A DNA stretch of 64,000 nucleotides from Methanocaldococcus sp. 16A (lineage in GTDB: Archaea; AGJL01; Methanococci; Methanococcales; Methanocaldococcaceae), in NCBI GenBank assembly GCA_049860595.1, contig CP187551.1; one strand, given 5' to 3'. Of the stretch, positions 1 to 11,319 are shown one piece after another (the first letter of the stretch is position 1; every line of letters begins with the position of its first letter). The translations under genes and the position numbers were made by a program. Below the pieces are notes generated by a model, which saw nothing but the letters and a program-made list of their open reading frames with translations, was not told where the DNA came from and searched no databases.

Positions 1-1089
1 AAAGATGCCTTATCAAGAAGTGACACAACTAAATACTTAAAAGATGAATTTGGTGAAGCAAGAATAGTAGTAGTTGGATGTGGTGGAGCAGGAAATAACA
101 CAATTAACAGACTAATGGAAATTGGTATTCAAGGAGCAGAAACAATAGCTATAAACACAGATAAACAACATTTAGAAATAATACAAGCAGATAAGAAAAT
201 TTTAATTGGGGCTACATTAACAAGAGGTTTAGGTGCTGGGGGTTATCCAGAGATTGGGAGAAAGGCAGCTGAAATGGCTAAAAATATATTGGAAGAGCAG
301 TTAAAAGGAGCTGATTTAGTTTTTGTCACTGCAGGAATGGGAGGAGGAACAGGAACAGGTTCAGCTCCAGTTGTAGCTGAAGTAGCTAAAGAAAACGGAG
401 CTATAGTTGTTGGAGTTGTAACATACCCATTTAAAATTGAGAGAGCTAGAATGAAAAAGGCTGATGAAGGAATTGCAAGAATGTCTGAGGTTTGTGATAC
501 TGTAATTATCATAGATAATAATAAGCTTTTGGATTTAGTTCCAAACTTGCCTATAAATGATGCATTTAAAGTGGCTGATGAAATTATAGCTCAAGCAGTT
601 AAAGGGATAACCGAAACCATAGCCGTTCCAAGCTTAATAAATATTGACTTTGCAGATGTTAAGGCAGTTATGAGCGGTGGAGGAGTAGCAATGATTGGAG
701 TTGGTGAAGTAGATAATAGTGATAGAGGAGATAGGGTTCAAAATATAGTTAGAGAAACTTTAAACTGTCCATTATTGGATGTTGATTATAAAGGTGCTAA
801 AGGGGCTTTAATTCATATAACTGGAGGTCCTGATTTGACATTAAAGGAAGCTAATGACATTGGAGAAGGGATAACAAACCAACTCGACCCAGAGGCAAAC
901 GTTATATGGGGAGCAAGGATAGACCCCGATATGGAAGGATGTATTAGAGTTATGGCAATAATTACTGGAGTTAAGTCACCAAATATTGTAGGAAAAGATT
1001 CAAAACCAAGAAGAATAATACCAAAAGTTTCAAAAGAGCAAAATCAGAGAAGAGAACAAAGAAAATGTAACATTGACTTTATAGTATAA
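1..1089 (+). CDS. ftsZ: Cell division GTPase FtsZ (FtsZ2-type), 5'-truncated by window edge
   Basis: Frame is open from base 1 (KDALSRSD...[17 protein letters not shown]); tubulin signature GGGTGTG; NIDFADV. Confidence 0.97.
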   Translation, partial: KDALSRSDTTKYLKDEFGEARIVVVGCGGAGNNTINRLMEIGIQGAETIAINTDKQHLEIIQADKKILIGATLTRGLGAGGYPEIGRKAAEMAKNILEEQLKGADLVFVTAGMGGGTGTGSAPVVAEVAKENGAIVVGVVTYPFKIERARMKKADEGIARMSEVCDTVIIIDNNKLLDLVPNLPINDAFKVADEIIAQAVKGITETIAVPSLINIDFADVKAVMSGGGVAMIGVGEVDNSDRGDRVQNIVRETLNCPLLDVDYKGAKGALIHITGGPDLTLKEANDIGEGITNQLDPEANVIWGARIDPDMEGCIRVMAIITGVKSPNIVGKDSKPRRIIPKVSKEQNQRREQRKCNIDFIV

Positions 1090-1144
1090 ATTTTAAAATT
1101 TTTAAAAATTTCTAATTTTAATTTTAATTATTTAGGGGTTGTTT

Positions 1145-1663
1145 ATGAAAGCCTGTGAAAGATTGTTATTAAAAATTGAATCACCAGAAAAATTTATTGA
1201 AGAATTTAAAAGAATTTTACTTGAGTTGGGATTAACTTTAAAAGAATTTTCTGAAATTTCCGGAATTCCATATAGCACACTATATAAAGTTGTTCAAGGG
1301 AAAGATTTTAGGGTTTCAACACTTATAAAAATTTTAAAGACAATAAGGTCTTTTGAAAAAGATGAGGATATTGACACTATAGCAATTATAGCTGCAAGAC
1401 CTGCTTTAAATAAAATTACAACAAGAAAAATAGAAATTAATGGAAAAAGTTATTTAATAAAGGAATATCCTGCAGGTTCTTTGGAAGAGTGTATTGTTGC
1501 CGCGGTTAGAGCTGAAAGAGAAGGAGTTAAGGGCATTGTTTGCGCTCCTATTGTTAGTGCAACTATTGAAAAAATTGTTAATGTTCCTGTAGCTGTTATT
1601 ATTCCAGAAAAAGATGCGTTTATGAAAGCATTAGAGATAATTGCAAAGAAAATAAATGAATAA
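1145..1663 (+). CDS. XRE-type HTH transcriptional regulator
   Basis: LTLKEFSEISGIPYSTLYKV helix-turn-helix; ATG at 1145 preferred over TTG 1139. Confidence 0.8.
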   Translation: MKACERLLLKIESPEKFIEEFKRILLELGLTLKEFSEISGIPYSTLYKVVQGKDFRVSTLIKILKTIRSFEKDEDIDTIAIIAARPALNKITTRKIEINGKSYLIKEYPAGSLEECIVAAVRAEREGVKGIVCAPIVSATIEKIVNVPVAVIIPEKDAFMKALEIIAKKINE

Positions 1664-1673
1664 AATTAGTTTT

Positions 1674-2549
1674 TTATTTTTTAACATGCTGAATTATTTT
1701 CTCTAAAAGCTTATCAGCAATATTAACTTTAGATACTTTAGATAGTCCAATCCAAGAGGGTGTTGAATTAACCTCCAAAATTTTTAAACCATCTTCTGAC
1801 TCAATTAAATCAACCCCTGCATAAAATAAACCAATAGCATTTTTTGCTTTTAGAGCTAATTTTTCAATTTCATCAGTAATTTCACATTCCTCTACCCTTC
1901 CTCCCTGAGAAACATTGTTTTTCCAATTTTCGCCTCCAATTCTATACATTGCTGCAACAACTTCATCATCAATTACGAAAGCTCTAATATCTTTATGTTC
2001 ATTATCTAATGGTTTTATAAACTCTTGAATGTAGAATGTTTTATATCTCTCTTTAAATTCATTTAGAGTATTTAATTTAGTAGAAATTGGAGATTCTTTT
2101 TTAATCCTAATAATTCCCTCCCCTCCACATCCAAATATTGGTTTTAAAACCGCTTCACCAAATGAATCTATCCAAACTATAGCTTCATTTATACTCTCTG
2201 TAACAACAGTTTTTGGCTGTGGGAGGTTGTTTAATTCAAGAAATATTGAAGTTAAAAACTTATTTGAAGCTATATCTATAGCCTCTGGAGGATTTATAAC
2301 AGTAACATATTGATTTAAATATTTTAAAACATCAAATCTAAAAAAACTATCCCAACCAAGATTTCTAACAAAACAGCAATCTAATTCATTTAAGAATGAT
2401 TTGTAATATTTTAATTTAAAATCTAAATTAAATCCTGTTATAATTTTTGTAGGATTTATAATTTTGTAATCAACTCCAAACTTTTTGCAAGATTTTATTA
2501 AATCATTAATAACCTCATCTCTATCTATGGTAATTATGCCAAGCTTCAT
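1674..2549 (-). CDS. mptN: RimK-family ATP-grasp ligase, tetrahydromethanopterin:alpha-L-glutamate ligase
   Basis: ATP-grasp motifs VLKPIFG, IQEFI, DIRAFV, GVDLI, EVNSTP; position matches recalled MJ0620. Confidence 0.85.
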   Translation of the reverse strand: MKLGIITIDRDEVINDLIKSCKKFGVDYKIINPTKIITGFNLDFKLKYYKSFLNELDCCFVRNLGWDSFFRFDVLKYLNQYVTVINPPEAIDIASNKFLTSIFLELNNLPQPKTVVTESINEAIVWIDSFGEAVLKPIFGCGGEGIIRIKKESPISTKLNTLNEFKERYKTFYIQEFIKPLDNEHKDIRAFVIDDEVVAAMYRIGGENWKNNVSQGGRVEECEITDEIEKLALKAKNAIGLFYAGVDLIESEDGLKILEVNSTPSWIGLSKVSKVNIADKLLEKIIQHVKK

Positions 2550-2677
2550 AATATCACAATTTTAAATTTTTATAAATATTAGCAATTATTAAGTATTAGT
2601 TATTAGAACCTTTCTATTAAACAAACTATTTGTCATAGGGTTATGAAAGAATAATATTAAATTATTATGGTGATGAG

Positions 2678-4183
2678 ATGGAGAAAAAAACATTATCACT
2701 TTGCCCCATATGTTTAAAAAGAATTCCTGCAACAATTTTAGAGGAAGATGGAAAAATTGTTATCAAAAAAACTTGCCCAGAACATGGGGAGTTTAAAGAT
2801 ATATATTGGGGGGATGCGGGGTTATACAAAAAATTTGATGACTATGGATTTATTGGAAAAGTTGAAGTAACAAATACAAATGTAAAAAACGGCTGTCCAT
2901 TTGATTGTGGTCTTTGCCCAATTCATAAATCTACAACTATATTGGCTAATATAGATGTAACAAATAGGTGTAATTTAAACTGCCCTATATGTTTTGCCAA
3001 TGCCAATAAATCAGGAAAGGTTTATGAGCCATCTTTTGAGGATATAAAGAGGATGATGGAAAATTTAAGGAGTGAGGTTCCACCAACACCTGCTATTCAG
3101 TTCGCAGGAGGAGAACCAACTGTAAGACCTGATTTACCTGAATTAATAAGACTGGCAAAAGATATGGGATTCTTGCACGTGCAGTTAGCAACAAATGGTA
3201 TAAAATTAAAGAACATAAATTATCTTAAAAAGTTAAAAGAGGCAGGATTATCAACAATCTATTTACAGTTTGATGGAATCTCTGAAAAACCCTACATAAT
3301 TGCAAGAGGAAAAAATCTCCTTCCTATAAAACAGAAAGTTATTGAGAACTGTAGAGAAATACAATTTAATAGTGTTGTTTTGGTTCCTACATTAGTTAGA
3401 GGAGTTAATGATAACGAAATTGGAGGAATTATAAGATATGCTGCTGAGAATGTAGATGTTGTTAGGGGAGTTAATTTCCAACCAGTTTCATTTGCTGGAA
3501 GAGTTGATGAAAGAACAAGATTAGAAGGAAGAATAACAATCCCTGACTTTATAAAATTAGTGGAAGAGCAAACAGATGGGGAGATTTGTGAAGATGACTT
3601 TTACCCTGTTCCATCAGTAGCTCCAATCTCTGTGTTGGTTGAAAAATTAACCAATGATAGAAAGCCAATATTAAGTTCTCATCAGCATTGTGGAGCATCA
3701 ACTTATGTTTTTGTTGATGAAGATGGAAAATTAATTCCATTACCAAGATTTATAGACATTGAAGGGTTCTTTGAAATGGTTAAAGAAAAGATAGATGAAA
3801 TTGGAAAATCAAAAATAAAGGATGTTAAAGTTTTAGGAGAAATTGCCTTAAAATTGCCATCTCTAATTGATTTAGATAAGGCTCCAAAATCAGTGAATAT
3901 AAAAACAATAATTGATTTAATTATTGGAGTTTTAAAGAGTGATTATAACGCCTTAGCTGAACTACACTACCACATGTTGATGATTAGCTGTATGCACTTT
4001 ATGGATGCATACAACTTTGATGTTAGGAGAGTAGAGAGATGTTGCATCCATTACGCAACCCCTGATAACAGAATAATTCCATTTTGTACATATAACACAA
4101 TATATAGACCGGAAGTTGAAAAAAAATTTTCAATACCGTTAGAAGAATGGAGAAAAATGCATAAAATGGGAGAAGATGATTGA
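2678..4183 (+). CDS. tes: Radical SAM tetraether/macrocyclic archaeol synthase (MJ0619 family; formerly annotated as a pterin methyltransferase)
   Basis: N-terminal CPIC...CPEH, CPFDCGLC, CNLNCPIC SAM motif, C-terminal RCCIH...IIPFCTYN. Confidence 0.85.
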   Translation: MEKKTLSLCPICLKRIPATILEEDGKIVIKKTCPEHGEFKDIYWGDAGLYKKFDDYGFIGKVEVTNTNVKNGCPFDCGLCPIHKSTTILANIDVTNRCNLNCPICFANANKSGKVYEPSFEDIKRMMENLRSEVPPTPAIQFAGGEPTVRPDLPELIRLAKDMGFLHVQLATNGIKLKNINYLKKLKEAGLSTIYLQFDGISEKPYIIARGKNLLPIKQKVIENCREIQFNSVVLVPTLVRGVNDNEIGGIIRYAAENVDVVRGVNFQPVSFAGRVDERTRLEGRITIPDFIKLVEEQTDGEICEDDFYPVPSVAPISVLVEKLTNDRKPILSSHQHCGASTYVFVDEDGKLIPLPRFIDIEGFFEMVKEKIDEIGKSKIKDVKVLGEIALKLPSLIDLDKAPKSVNIKTIIDLIIGVLKSDYNALAELHYHMLMISCMHFMDAYNFDVRRVERCCIHYATPDNRIIPFCTYNTIYRPEVEKKFSIPLEEWRKMHKMGEDD

Positions 4184-4472
4184 AAAAATAGTTAAAGAAG
4201 GTAAAGATGGAGTTTTAATTGATATCGATGTCCAAGCTGGAGCTAAAAAGAATGAGATTATAGGAATAAATGAGTGGAGAAAGAGATTAGCTATAAAAAT
4301 AAAAGCTCCTGCAACAGAAGGTAAGGCTAACAAGGAGATAATTAAATTTTTTAAGGATATTTTCAAAAAAGATGTTGAAATAGTTACTGGGAAGTTAAAT
4401 CCACAAAAAACTATATTAATAAAAGGAATAAAAAAAGATGACGTTGTTGAAATATTAAAAAAACATTTATAA
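4176..4472 (+). CDS. UPF0235/DUF167 (YggU-like) protein
   Basis: IKAPATEGKANKEII motif. Confidence 0.9.
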   Translation: MIEKIVKEGKDGVLIDIDVQAGAKKNEIIGINEWRKRLAIKIKAPATEGKANKEIIKFFKDIFKKDVEIVTGKLNPQKTILIKGIKKDDVVEILKKHL

Positions 4473-4473
4473 G

Positions 4474-5058
4474 CTATTTTAACAGCTCTTTTAGTTTTTC
4501 ATAAACCTTCTTTTCAACATTTTCATAGATGCTATTTCCATGGCTGTCCATTGCTACAATTAATGGACCAAAATTATTAACTTCCAATTCCCATACAGCT
4601 TCTGGCATTCCTAACTCTTCTAAGAAATATACATTATTAACTTTTTTTACTGAATTAGCTAATAAAGCTGCACAACCTCCAGGAGCTGCCAAATATACTG
4701 TTCCAAAATCTTCAAAAGTTTTTAATAACTCTTTTTTCATCCCTCCCTTTCCAACAATTGCAGAGATATTTGTCAATTTTATAAATTCCTCTTCAACGTC
4801 ATTCATTCTTGCAGATGTCGTTGGACCTATAGAAACACAAACCCACTCTTCATTTACTTTTTTCATTATAGGACCGGCATGGTAAATGATAGCTTCATTT
4901 AAATCAAAAGGTAGATTTTCATTGTTTTTTATCATCTCTATTATTTTTAGATGGGCTTCATCTCTTGCAGTATATATCTTACCGTTTAAATAAACTATAT
5001 CTCCAACTTTTAACTTTCTAACATCCTTTTTTGTTAGTCCATTAAATACATACTCCAA
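4474..5058 (-). CDS. Fumarate hydratase/tartrate dehydratase class I, beta subunit
   Basis: TARDEAH, YHAGP, GPTTSARM, GKGGM, LGMPEA motifs. Confidence 0.92.
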   Translation of the reverse strand: MEYVFNGLTKKDVRKLKVGDIVYLNGKIYTARDEAHLKIIEMIKNNENLPFDLNEAIIYHAGPIMKKVNEEWVCVSIGPTTSARMNDVEEEFIKLTNISAIVGKGGMKKELLKTFEDFGTVYLAAPGGCAALLANSVKKVNNVYFLEELGMPEAVWELEVNNFGPLIVAMDSHGNSIYENVEKKVYEKLKELLK

Positions 5059-5171
5059 ATTTCCACCTCTCTACATGACATATTTTTATAATTTTGACCA
5101 TAATTTATTTATAATTAATTTATTGAAAAACTAAACTAAACATTTAGACAAACTCTTTTTTGGTGGTAGCA

Positions 5172-5645
5172 ATGATATGTATAATAATGGGTAGTGAGAG
5201 TGATTTAAAAATAGCTGAAAAGGCTGTTAATGTTTTAAAAGAGTTTGGTGTAGAGTTTGAGGTTAGAGTAGCTTCAGCTCATAGAACTCCAGAGTTGGTT
5301 GAAGAGATTGTTAAAAATTCAAAAGCAGATGTTTTTATAGCAATAGCTGGATTAGCCGCTCATTTACCAGGAGTTATAGCAAGTTTAACAACAAAGCCAG
5401 TTATTGCTGTCCCTGTTGATGCAAAGTTAGATGGTTTGGATGCTTTATTAAGTATAGTTCAAATGCCTCCTGGAATTCCTGTTGCAGGTGTAGGAATTGA
5501 TAGAGGAGAAAACGCAGCTATATTGGCTTTAGAGATTTTAGCTTTAAAAGATGAAAATATTGCAAAAAAATTAGCCGAATATAGAGAAAAGATGAAGAAA
5601 AAAGTTTATGCATCAGATGAAAAGGTTAGAGAAATGTTTAAATAA
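5172..5645 (+). CDS. purE: N5-CAIR mutase / AIR carboxylase PurE
   Basis: [29 protein letters not shown]. Confidence 0.96.
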   Translation: MICIIMGSESDLKIAEKAVNVLKEFGVEFEVRVASAHRTPELVEEIVKNSKADVFIAIAGLAAHLPGVIASLTTKPVIAVPVDAKLDGLDALLSIVQMPPGIPVAGVGIDRGENAAILALEILALKDENIAKKLAEYREKMKKKVYASDEKVREMFK

Positions 5646-5714
5646 CTATAACCATTAAATTTTTATGTTATAATGTTGCTAATAATAAATTGACAATGAT
5701 AGAGAGGGATTTAC

Positions 5715-6365
5715 ATGCAGAGAGTGAATCCAACAAGAATGGAATTATTAAAATTAAAAAATAAAATTAAATTGGCTGAAAAAGGACATAAATTGCTTAA
5801 GCAGAAAAGAGATGCTTTAATTATGGAATTCTTCCAAATCATAGAGCAAGCTTCAGATTTGAGAGAAAAAGTTGAGACAAAGTTAGCTGAAGCTTATAAA
5901 GATTTAATAATGGCTCAAACAGTTATGGGGACTTTAGCAGTTAAAGAAGCTTCCTTAGCAGCAAAGAATGATAAATTAGAAGTTGATATGGATACAAAGA
6001 ATATTATGGGTGTCACTGTTCCTACTTTTGAGATATACAACGTTAGAAGAAAAGTTGGGGAGAGAGGTTATTCACCTTACAGCGTTAGCTCAAAATTAGA
6101 CGAAGCAGCTAAAAAATTTGAAGAAGCTTTAGAATTAATAACTGAATTAGCTGAAATAGAGACATCAATTAAACTCTTAGCTGAAGAGATTATTACAACA
6201 AAGAGAAGAGTTAACGCTTTAGAGTACGTTATAATTCCAAGATTAAAAGCTCTCAAGAAATACATTTCTATGAGATTGGATGAGATGGAAAGAGAGAACT
6301 TCTTCAGATTGAAGTTAATTAAATCGAGAATTGAAAAAAGAGAAGCAGAAGGAGAGGCAGTATAA
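5715..6365 (+). CDS. atpD: A/V-type ATP synthase subunit D
   Basis: [30 protein letters not shown]. Confidence 0.96.
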   Translation: MQRVNPTRMELLKLKNKIKLAEKGHKLLKQKRDALIMEFFQIIEQASDLREKVETKLAEAYKDLIMAQTVMGTLAVKEASLAAKNDKLEVDMDTKNIMGVTVPTFEIYNVRRKVGERGYSPYSVSSKLDEAAKKFEEALELITELAEIETSIKLLAEEIITTKRRVNALEYVIIPRLKALKKYISMRLDEMERENFFRLKLIKSRIEKREAEGEAV

Positions 6366-6410
6366 TATTATAAGAAAATAATATTTGATGCAACTTTTCT
6401 TAAAAGTTGC

Positions 6411-6485
6411 AGAAAGAACTTATTCAGATTGAAGTTAATTAAATCAAGAATCGAGAAAAGAGAGGCTGAAAGAGAGACAGTATAA
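6411..6485 (+). repeat. Diverged direct copy of the last 75 bp of atpD (6291-6365), preceded by a 10-bp inverted repeat (6389-6411)
   Basis: 66/75 identical, ungapped, offset 120 bp; reads [24 protein letters not shown]. Confidence 0.9.
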
Positions 6486-6572
6486 ATGAATTAAAAGCTA
6501 AATAATTAATATGATATTTTTAATAATAATTTTTTATAATTAATAATAATTTTCTTATTTTTGGTGGTGTTT

Positions 6573-6959
6573 ATGGTATTTAGAATACTTGGAAGGATGA
6601 CTGAAATAGAGAAGGAAATTAGAGAAGAAGAATTAAAATATGATTTAATAATTAAAAATGAAGCAAAAATTGAGCCAATAGTTGCCGATGAAGACAAAGA
6701 ATTCAAACAAGGAGATATAAAGCCAATAAGAATTAAAAAGATTAAAATACCACCAATGTCAGTCCTTTTAATCTGTCCATATGGAAGGCATAGAGTAGGG
6801 CAAGTTATAGCTGTTGGGGAAGAAGTTCCAATGCCTATAGAAGCTGAAAGAGAAGTAGATATGGCTGCTTTTGCATGTGGATTTGATGGAAAGGTAAAGA
6901 AAGGAGATTTAATCGGAATGTTACTTATAGTTGCAGCTGAAAAGAGAGAATGTGAATAA
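6573..6959 (+). CDS. DUF22-like archaeal conserved protein
   Basis: PYGRHRVGQV...GKVKKGDLIG resembles DUF22; RBS GGTGGTG upstream. Confidence 0.65.
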   Translation: MVFRILGRMTEIEKEIREEELKYDLIIKNEAKIEPIVADEDKEFKQGDIKPIRIKKIKIPPMSVLLICPYGRHRVGQVIAVGEEVPMPIEAEREVDMAAFACGFDGKVKKGDLIGMLLIVAAEKRECE

Positions 6960-7074
6960 TTTTTAAAACAAATCTTTTTTAGTATAGAATTTTTGCATGG
7001 ATAAATTTTTAAATGCATCTAATTTATTTTTATTTTATTTAATTTTGTAATTTTTTTATAATGTTTATTTTGGG

Positions 7075-8115
7075 ATGCGTATGGAGATGATTGATATACT
7101 GTTAAAAAAGCTCAATAAAAATGCCGTTGTTACAGAGATTGCCAAAGACAGAGACCCTTTTAAAGTTTTAATCTCAACAATAATAAGTGCAAGAACTAAG
7201 GATGAAGTTACTGAAGAGGTATCTAAGAAATTGTTTAAAGAAGTTAGGGATGTTGATGATTTGCTAAATATTGATGAGGAAAAATTAGCTAATTTAATAT
7301 ATCCTGCTGGATTTTATAAAACCAAGGCAAAAAATTTAAAGAAATTGGCTAAGATTTTAAAAGAAAATTATAATGGTAGAGTTCCAGATTCTTTGGAAGA
7401 GTTATTAAAGCTCCCAGGGGTCGGAAGGAAGACAGCTAATTTGGTTATAACCTTAGCTTTCAACAAAGATGGAATTTGCGTAGATACTCATGTCCATAGA
7501 ATATGTAATAGATGGGAAATAGTTGATACTGAAACTCCTGAAGAGACAGAATTTGAATTAAGAAAAAATCTTCCTAAAAAATATTGGAAGGTAATAAATA
7601 ACTTATTAGTGGTTTTTGGAAGAGAGATTTGTTCTCCAAAACCAAAATGTAATAAATGCTTTGAAGAAATAAAAGATAAATGCCCTTACTATGAAAAAAT
7701 TAAACATTTTAAAAGTGTTATAAAAAAATTCAATTTTAGAAAGGTATCAAAAAATAATATTCCTAATGAAAAGGGAACTTATATCCTAAAAATTAGATTG
7801 AAAGATGGTAAAAAAATAAAATTTGGAAATAAAGAAAAATTTTTTAAGAAAGGATATTATTTCTATGTAGGCTCTGCCTTTGGAAATTCAATAAATTTAA
7901 AAAATAGGATAGAGAGACATTTAAAAGATGATAAAAAGATGCACTGGCATATTGATTATTTATTAAAATTTGGTAAAATTGAAGAAATATTTGTTACTAA
8001 TGATAGAGTTGAATGTGAAGTTGCTAACGAGTTTATAAAAAAATTTGATTTTGTTGAAAAATTTGGATGCTCTGACTGTAAGTGTAAAAGTCATTTGTTT
8101 TATTTAAAGCCATAA
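7075..8115 (+). CDS. nth: Endonuclease III (HhH-GPD, 4Fe-4S) fused to a C-terminal GIY-YIG/DUF123 domain
   Basis: [17 protein letters not shown]-x5-C-x2-C-x7-C; C-terminal GTY...YVGSA...[19 protein letters not shown]. Confidence 0.9.
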   Translation: MRMEMIDILLKKLNKNAVVTEIAKDRDPFKVLISTIISARTKDEVTEEVSKKLFKEVRDVDDLLNIDEEKLANLIYPAGFYKTKAKNLKKLAKILKENYNGRVPDSLEELLKLPGVGRKTANLVITLAFNKDGICVDTHVHRICNRWEIVDTETPEETEFELRKNLPKKYWKVINNLLVVFGREICSPKPKCNKCFEEIKDKCPYYEKIKHFKSVIKKFNFRKVSKNNIPNEKGTYILKIRLKDGKKIKFGNKEKFFKKGYYFYVGSAFGNSINLKNRIERHLKDDKKMHWHIDYLLKFGKIEEIFVTNDRVECEVANEFIKKFDFVEKFGCSDCKCKSHLFYLKP

Positions 8116-8117
8116 AT

Positions 8118-9455
8118 TTATTTAAATCTTTCTTTTCCACCAATATTTTTAATTATATTTAAAAACTCTTTTTCAATATCTTTTAATTCCTCTTTATTGT
8201 ATCCATAAATTCTAAATGTAACACTTTTGTATCCTTTTTCAATCTTATCTCCTTCATAAACATCAATTATTTCAATGTCAAAAACATTTTTTAATAAGTT
8301 TAAAATAACTTCCTCATTAACATCTTTTTTAAATAAAATTGAAATATCAATATATTTTCTCTCTAAATACTTCTTTTTTAGCTCCTTCAACTCATCTCCA
8401 GAAAATACCTCAACCTTTAAAATATTAAACCTTTGCTCTTTACCATTTTTATCTAATATTAGATAATCATCTTCAATATTCTTTAAAATCCCAAAATGAA
8501 TAACATCTGAGTTTATATTTTTTACAGCAATCTCTTTTCCTATTAATTTATTTAATTTCTCAATCTCAGAAGATAATGCAAACACTGCTTTATCTGAATA
8601 ATAAGCCCCTCTTTTTGCTTCGCTACCAAAATGCTTAGCAGCTTCTTTCATTATCTTAACAAATCTCTCTCTATCTTTATTTTTAACTATCTCGCTAATT
8701 TCTTTACACTGATTTATAAATGTTTCATGAATTTCCTTTATTCTTGGATTGAACATTTGGATATCAGCGTAGAGATAAGGATTTTGCCCTATAATTCTTC
8801 CAATAATAGAAATCATCAACTCGTATATTGGAGAAGCAAACTTTCTTGATTCTTTTATATCAACATTAAGTTCTTTTAGTGTAGCTCCTAATGAAATAAA
8901 TGTAAAATGTGTTAATCCCTGCACAATACCCATAATTCTATCATGTTTTTGTGGAGAAATGACTATAACTTTAGCTCCTTCTTCTTTTAAAAAATTATAA
9001 ACTTTCTTAAACCATTCACTCTTTTTATGCTTTTCAGATGGCGTTAGAATAACAACCTGCCTTAACAAAGATGGCGTTGATGGACCAAACATTGGATGTG
9101 TAGGTATAACAGTTACTCCCTCTTTAACATTTTCTTCCATAGCTCTTGCAGGAATTTCTTTAATTGATGTTATGTCCATCAATAAACAGCCCTCTCTAAC
9201 ATGAGGAGCTATCTCTTTAATAACTCTCTCTGTAACATTTATTGGAACTGCCACAATAACTATATCTCCTCTTTTAGTAGCCTCAATATTGTTGTTAGTA
9301 AATTCAACCCCAAGCTCTTTCTCAACATTTTTACCCTTCTCTACATCTCTTCCAGTAACTATCACGTTAAATCCTTTATTTTTTAAATATCTCGCAAACC
9401 ATTTTCCCAAACCATCAGTACCTCCAATAATTGAGATTGTTAAATTTTTTTTCAT
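8118..9455 (-). CDS. tyrA: Prephenate/arogenate dehydrogenase
   Basis: IIGGTDGLG, HPMFGP, HDRIMGIVQGLTH. Confidence 0.93.
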   Translation of the reverse strand: MKKNLTISIIGGTDGLGKWFARYLKNKGFNVIVTGRDVEKGKNVEKELGVEFTNNNIEATKRGDIVIVAVPINVTERVIKEIAPHVREGCLLMDITSIKEIPARAMEENVKEGVTVIPTHPMFGPSTPSLLRQVVILTPSEKHKKSEWFKKVYNFLKEEGAKVIVISPQKHDRIMGIVQGLTHFTFISLGATLKELNVDIKESRKFASPIYELMISIIGRIIGQNPYLYADIQMFNPRIKEIHETFINQCKEISEIVKNKDRERFVKIMKEAAKHFGSEAKRGAYYSDKAVFALSSEIEKLNKLIGKEIAVKNINSDVIHFGILKNIEDDYLILDKNGKEQRFNILKVEVFSGDELKELKKKYLERKYIDISILFKKDVNEEVILNLLKNVFDIEIIDVYEGDKIEKGYKSVTFRIYGYNKEELKDIEKEFLNIIKNIGGKERFK

Positions 9456-9494
9456 AAATCTCCCTCAACAAGATTTTATTAATTAGTTATCCAC

Positions 9495-10010
9495 CTAAAT
9501 AAGATTTAATAAAATGTAATTAACTAAAATTCCTAATATAGTTCCAGCGATAACTTGGGAAAATGTATGTTTCTTTAAATAAATCCTTGCATAGCCAGTA
9601 ATAATTATTAATATGAGATATAAGGAAGATAACCAAATGTTATTTGTAAAAGCATATATAAGATAAGCCATAGCTGATAATCCATAATTATGCATACTTA
9701 TCTTCCAAAACTTTGTTATAATTAAAATTATTAACACATTAACAAGAAAGATTGTTATAAATTCACTCTTCCAAAATAAATTTAACAATACTAAATACCA
9801 TAAAGTAAAAAATAATGGTATAATTCTATTTTCTTTATTTGGTATATCCCAAGATTCATTTTTTATTTTTGCCCAACAAATCCAAAAAACACATGGAATA
9901 AAAAATGCTATGTATAAAAACAAATCAAATTTTGAAATAAGTAAAAATCCAATAAATAAAAATAATAGATACATTAAAGAGAATATTTGAAGAATCTTTT
10001 TTATGCTCAC
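9495..10010 (-). CDS. Membrane protein, PAP2-like
   Basis: Multiple hydrophobic helices; KISMH and ARIYLKKH motifs. Confidence 0.6.
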   Translation of the reverse strand: MSIKKILQIFSLMYLLFLFIGFLLISKFDLFLYIAFFIPCVFWICWAKIKNESWDIPNKENRIIPLFFTLWYLVLLNLFWKSEFITIFLVNVLIILIITKFWKISMHNYGLSAMAYLIYAFTNNIWLSSLYLILIIITGYARIYLKKHTFSQVIAGTILGILVNYILLNLI

Positions 10011-10014
10011 AATT

Positions 10015-10590
10015 TCACCAAAACATCATAAATATCATATATCCAATTAGAGGTAGTCCTACAATTGCCCAAATTATAGGATTCCATCTTAAAACTTTTT
10101 CTCCATCAAATGGGGGAATTGGAAGCATATTAAAGCCTGCTAAAAATAGATTTATGTGAAATCCAAACTTTCCTATTAAATATAGTAATGGTATATGATT
10201 AAAAATCAAAGCCAATATTAAAAATATAAATGCCAATGCAACATTTGTTAAAGGTCCAGCTAAGGCTATTTTTCCATTTTCTTCATAAGTTAAGTAGTCT
10301 TTATAAATATATACAGCCCCAGGAGCTATAAAGGTAAATCCTAAAAAAATCTTTAATATTATAGCCAATATAAGCCCTTCATACCACGCTCTAAATTCAC
10401 TCCATGCTCCATACTTCCTAGCCACTGTTCTATGCATCAATTCATGAAATATAAAGCCACTACCAACGGCTATTAAACTAACAATAAAAATTAATATTGA
10501 AAAGTTTGGATAAGCGAAAATAAAAGCAATAGCTAACACTGATACTATTAAATCAATTATCTCTCTTTCTGAAAATTTAAACATACTCAT
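10015..10590 (-). CDS. Site-2 (M50) membrane zinc metalloprotease
   Basis: [18 protein letters not shown]. Confidence 0.92.
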   Translation of the reverse strand: MSMFKFSEREIIDLIVSVLAIAFIFAYPNFSILIFIVSLIAVGSGFIFHELMHRTVARKYGAWSEFRAWYEGLILAIILKIFLGFTFIAPGAVYIYKDYLTYEENGKIALAGPLTNVALAFIFLILALIFNHIPLLYLIGKFGFHINLFLAGFNMLPIPPFDGEKVLRWNPIIWAIVGLPLIGYMIFMMFW

Positions 10591-10667
10591 TTTTTCACCT
10601 ATTTGGTAATAAAATTTTTACTGTTTTTAATTGTCTATATTTAATCTAATATTTATTTATGTAAAAA

Positions 10668-11240
10668 TCAGTAATATTTTACTTCCATCCTATCATATAA
10701 TAATTTTCCAAATATTAGTCCAGTTATAAGTCCAGCTAAGTGTGTTATGTGTGCAATTCCTGTTTTTAGAGAATATGGAAGTAATATTAAATCAATAAGT
10801 GCAAATATAGCTACAGCTACTCTTATACTCACTGGAATTGGTAATGGAAAGACGACAACTTTTAAATGTGGTGATAGAATAGCTAAAGCTCCCATTATTC
10901 CAAATATCGCTCCAGAAGCCCCAACTGAAGGATTGTAATCTCCAGTTAGATAAGCATAGATGATATAAGCTAAATTTCCAACGATTCCTGATAATAAAAA
11001 GATTAAAAGATATTTTTTTGAGCCAACCATATTTTCTAAGTATGTTCCAAATATAAATAATACGAACATATTCACCAATAGATGAGTTATATCTGCATGC
11101 ATAAACATGCTTGTAATTATCTGCCAAGGCATATTGGTAAAAAGATTTGGCCATAATGCAAAATAGTAATATAGTTGTGGCATAAAAACACTAATGATGA
11201 ACACAACTATACAAATCCCTACTATTAAAATGTTAATCAT
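10668..11240 (-). CDS. Rhomboid intramembrane serine protease
   Basis: HADITHLLVN, GASG, HLAG; ATG at 11240. Confidence 0.92.
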   Translation of the reverse strand: MINILIVGICIVVFIISVFMPQLYYYFALWPNLFTNMPWQIITSMFMHADITHLLVNMFVLFIFGTYLENMVGSKKYLLIFLLSGIVGNLAYIIYAYLTGDYNPSVGASGAIFGIMGALAILSPHLKVVVFPLPIPVSIRVAVAIFALIDLILLPYSLKTGIAHITHLAGLITGLIFGKLLYDRMEVKYY

Positions 11241-11319
11241 TTTTACCCCTCCCCCAACGTTCAAAGTTTATGATTTTTATTTTGTTAATTATACATTTTA
11301 ATTATAAAAAGGTGATGAC

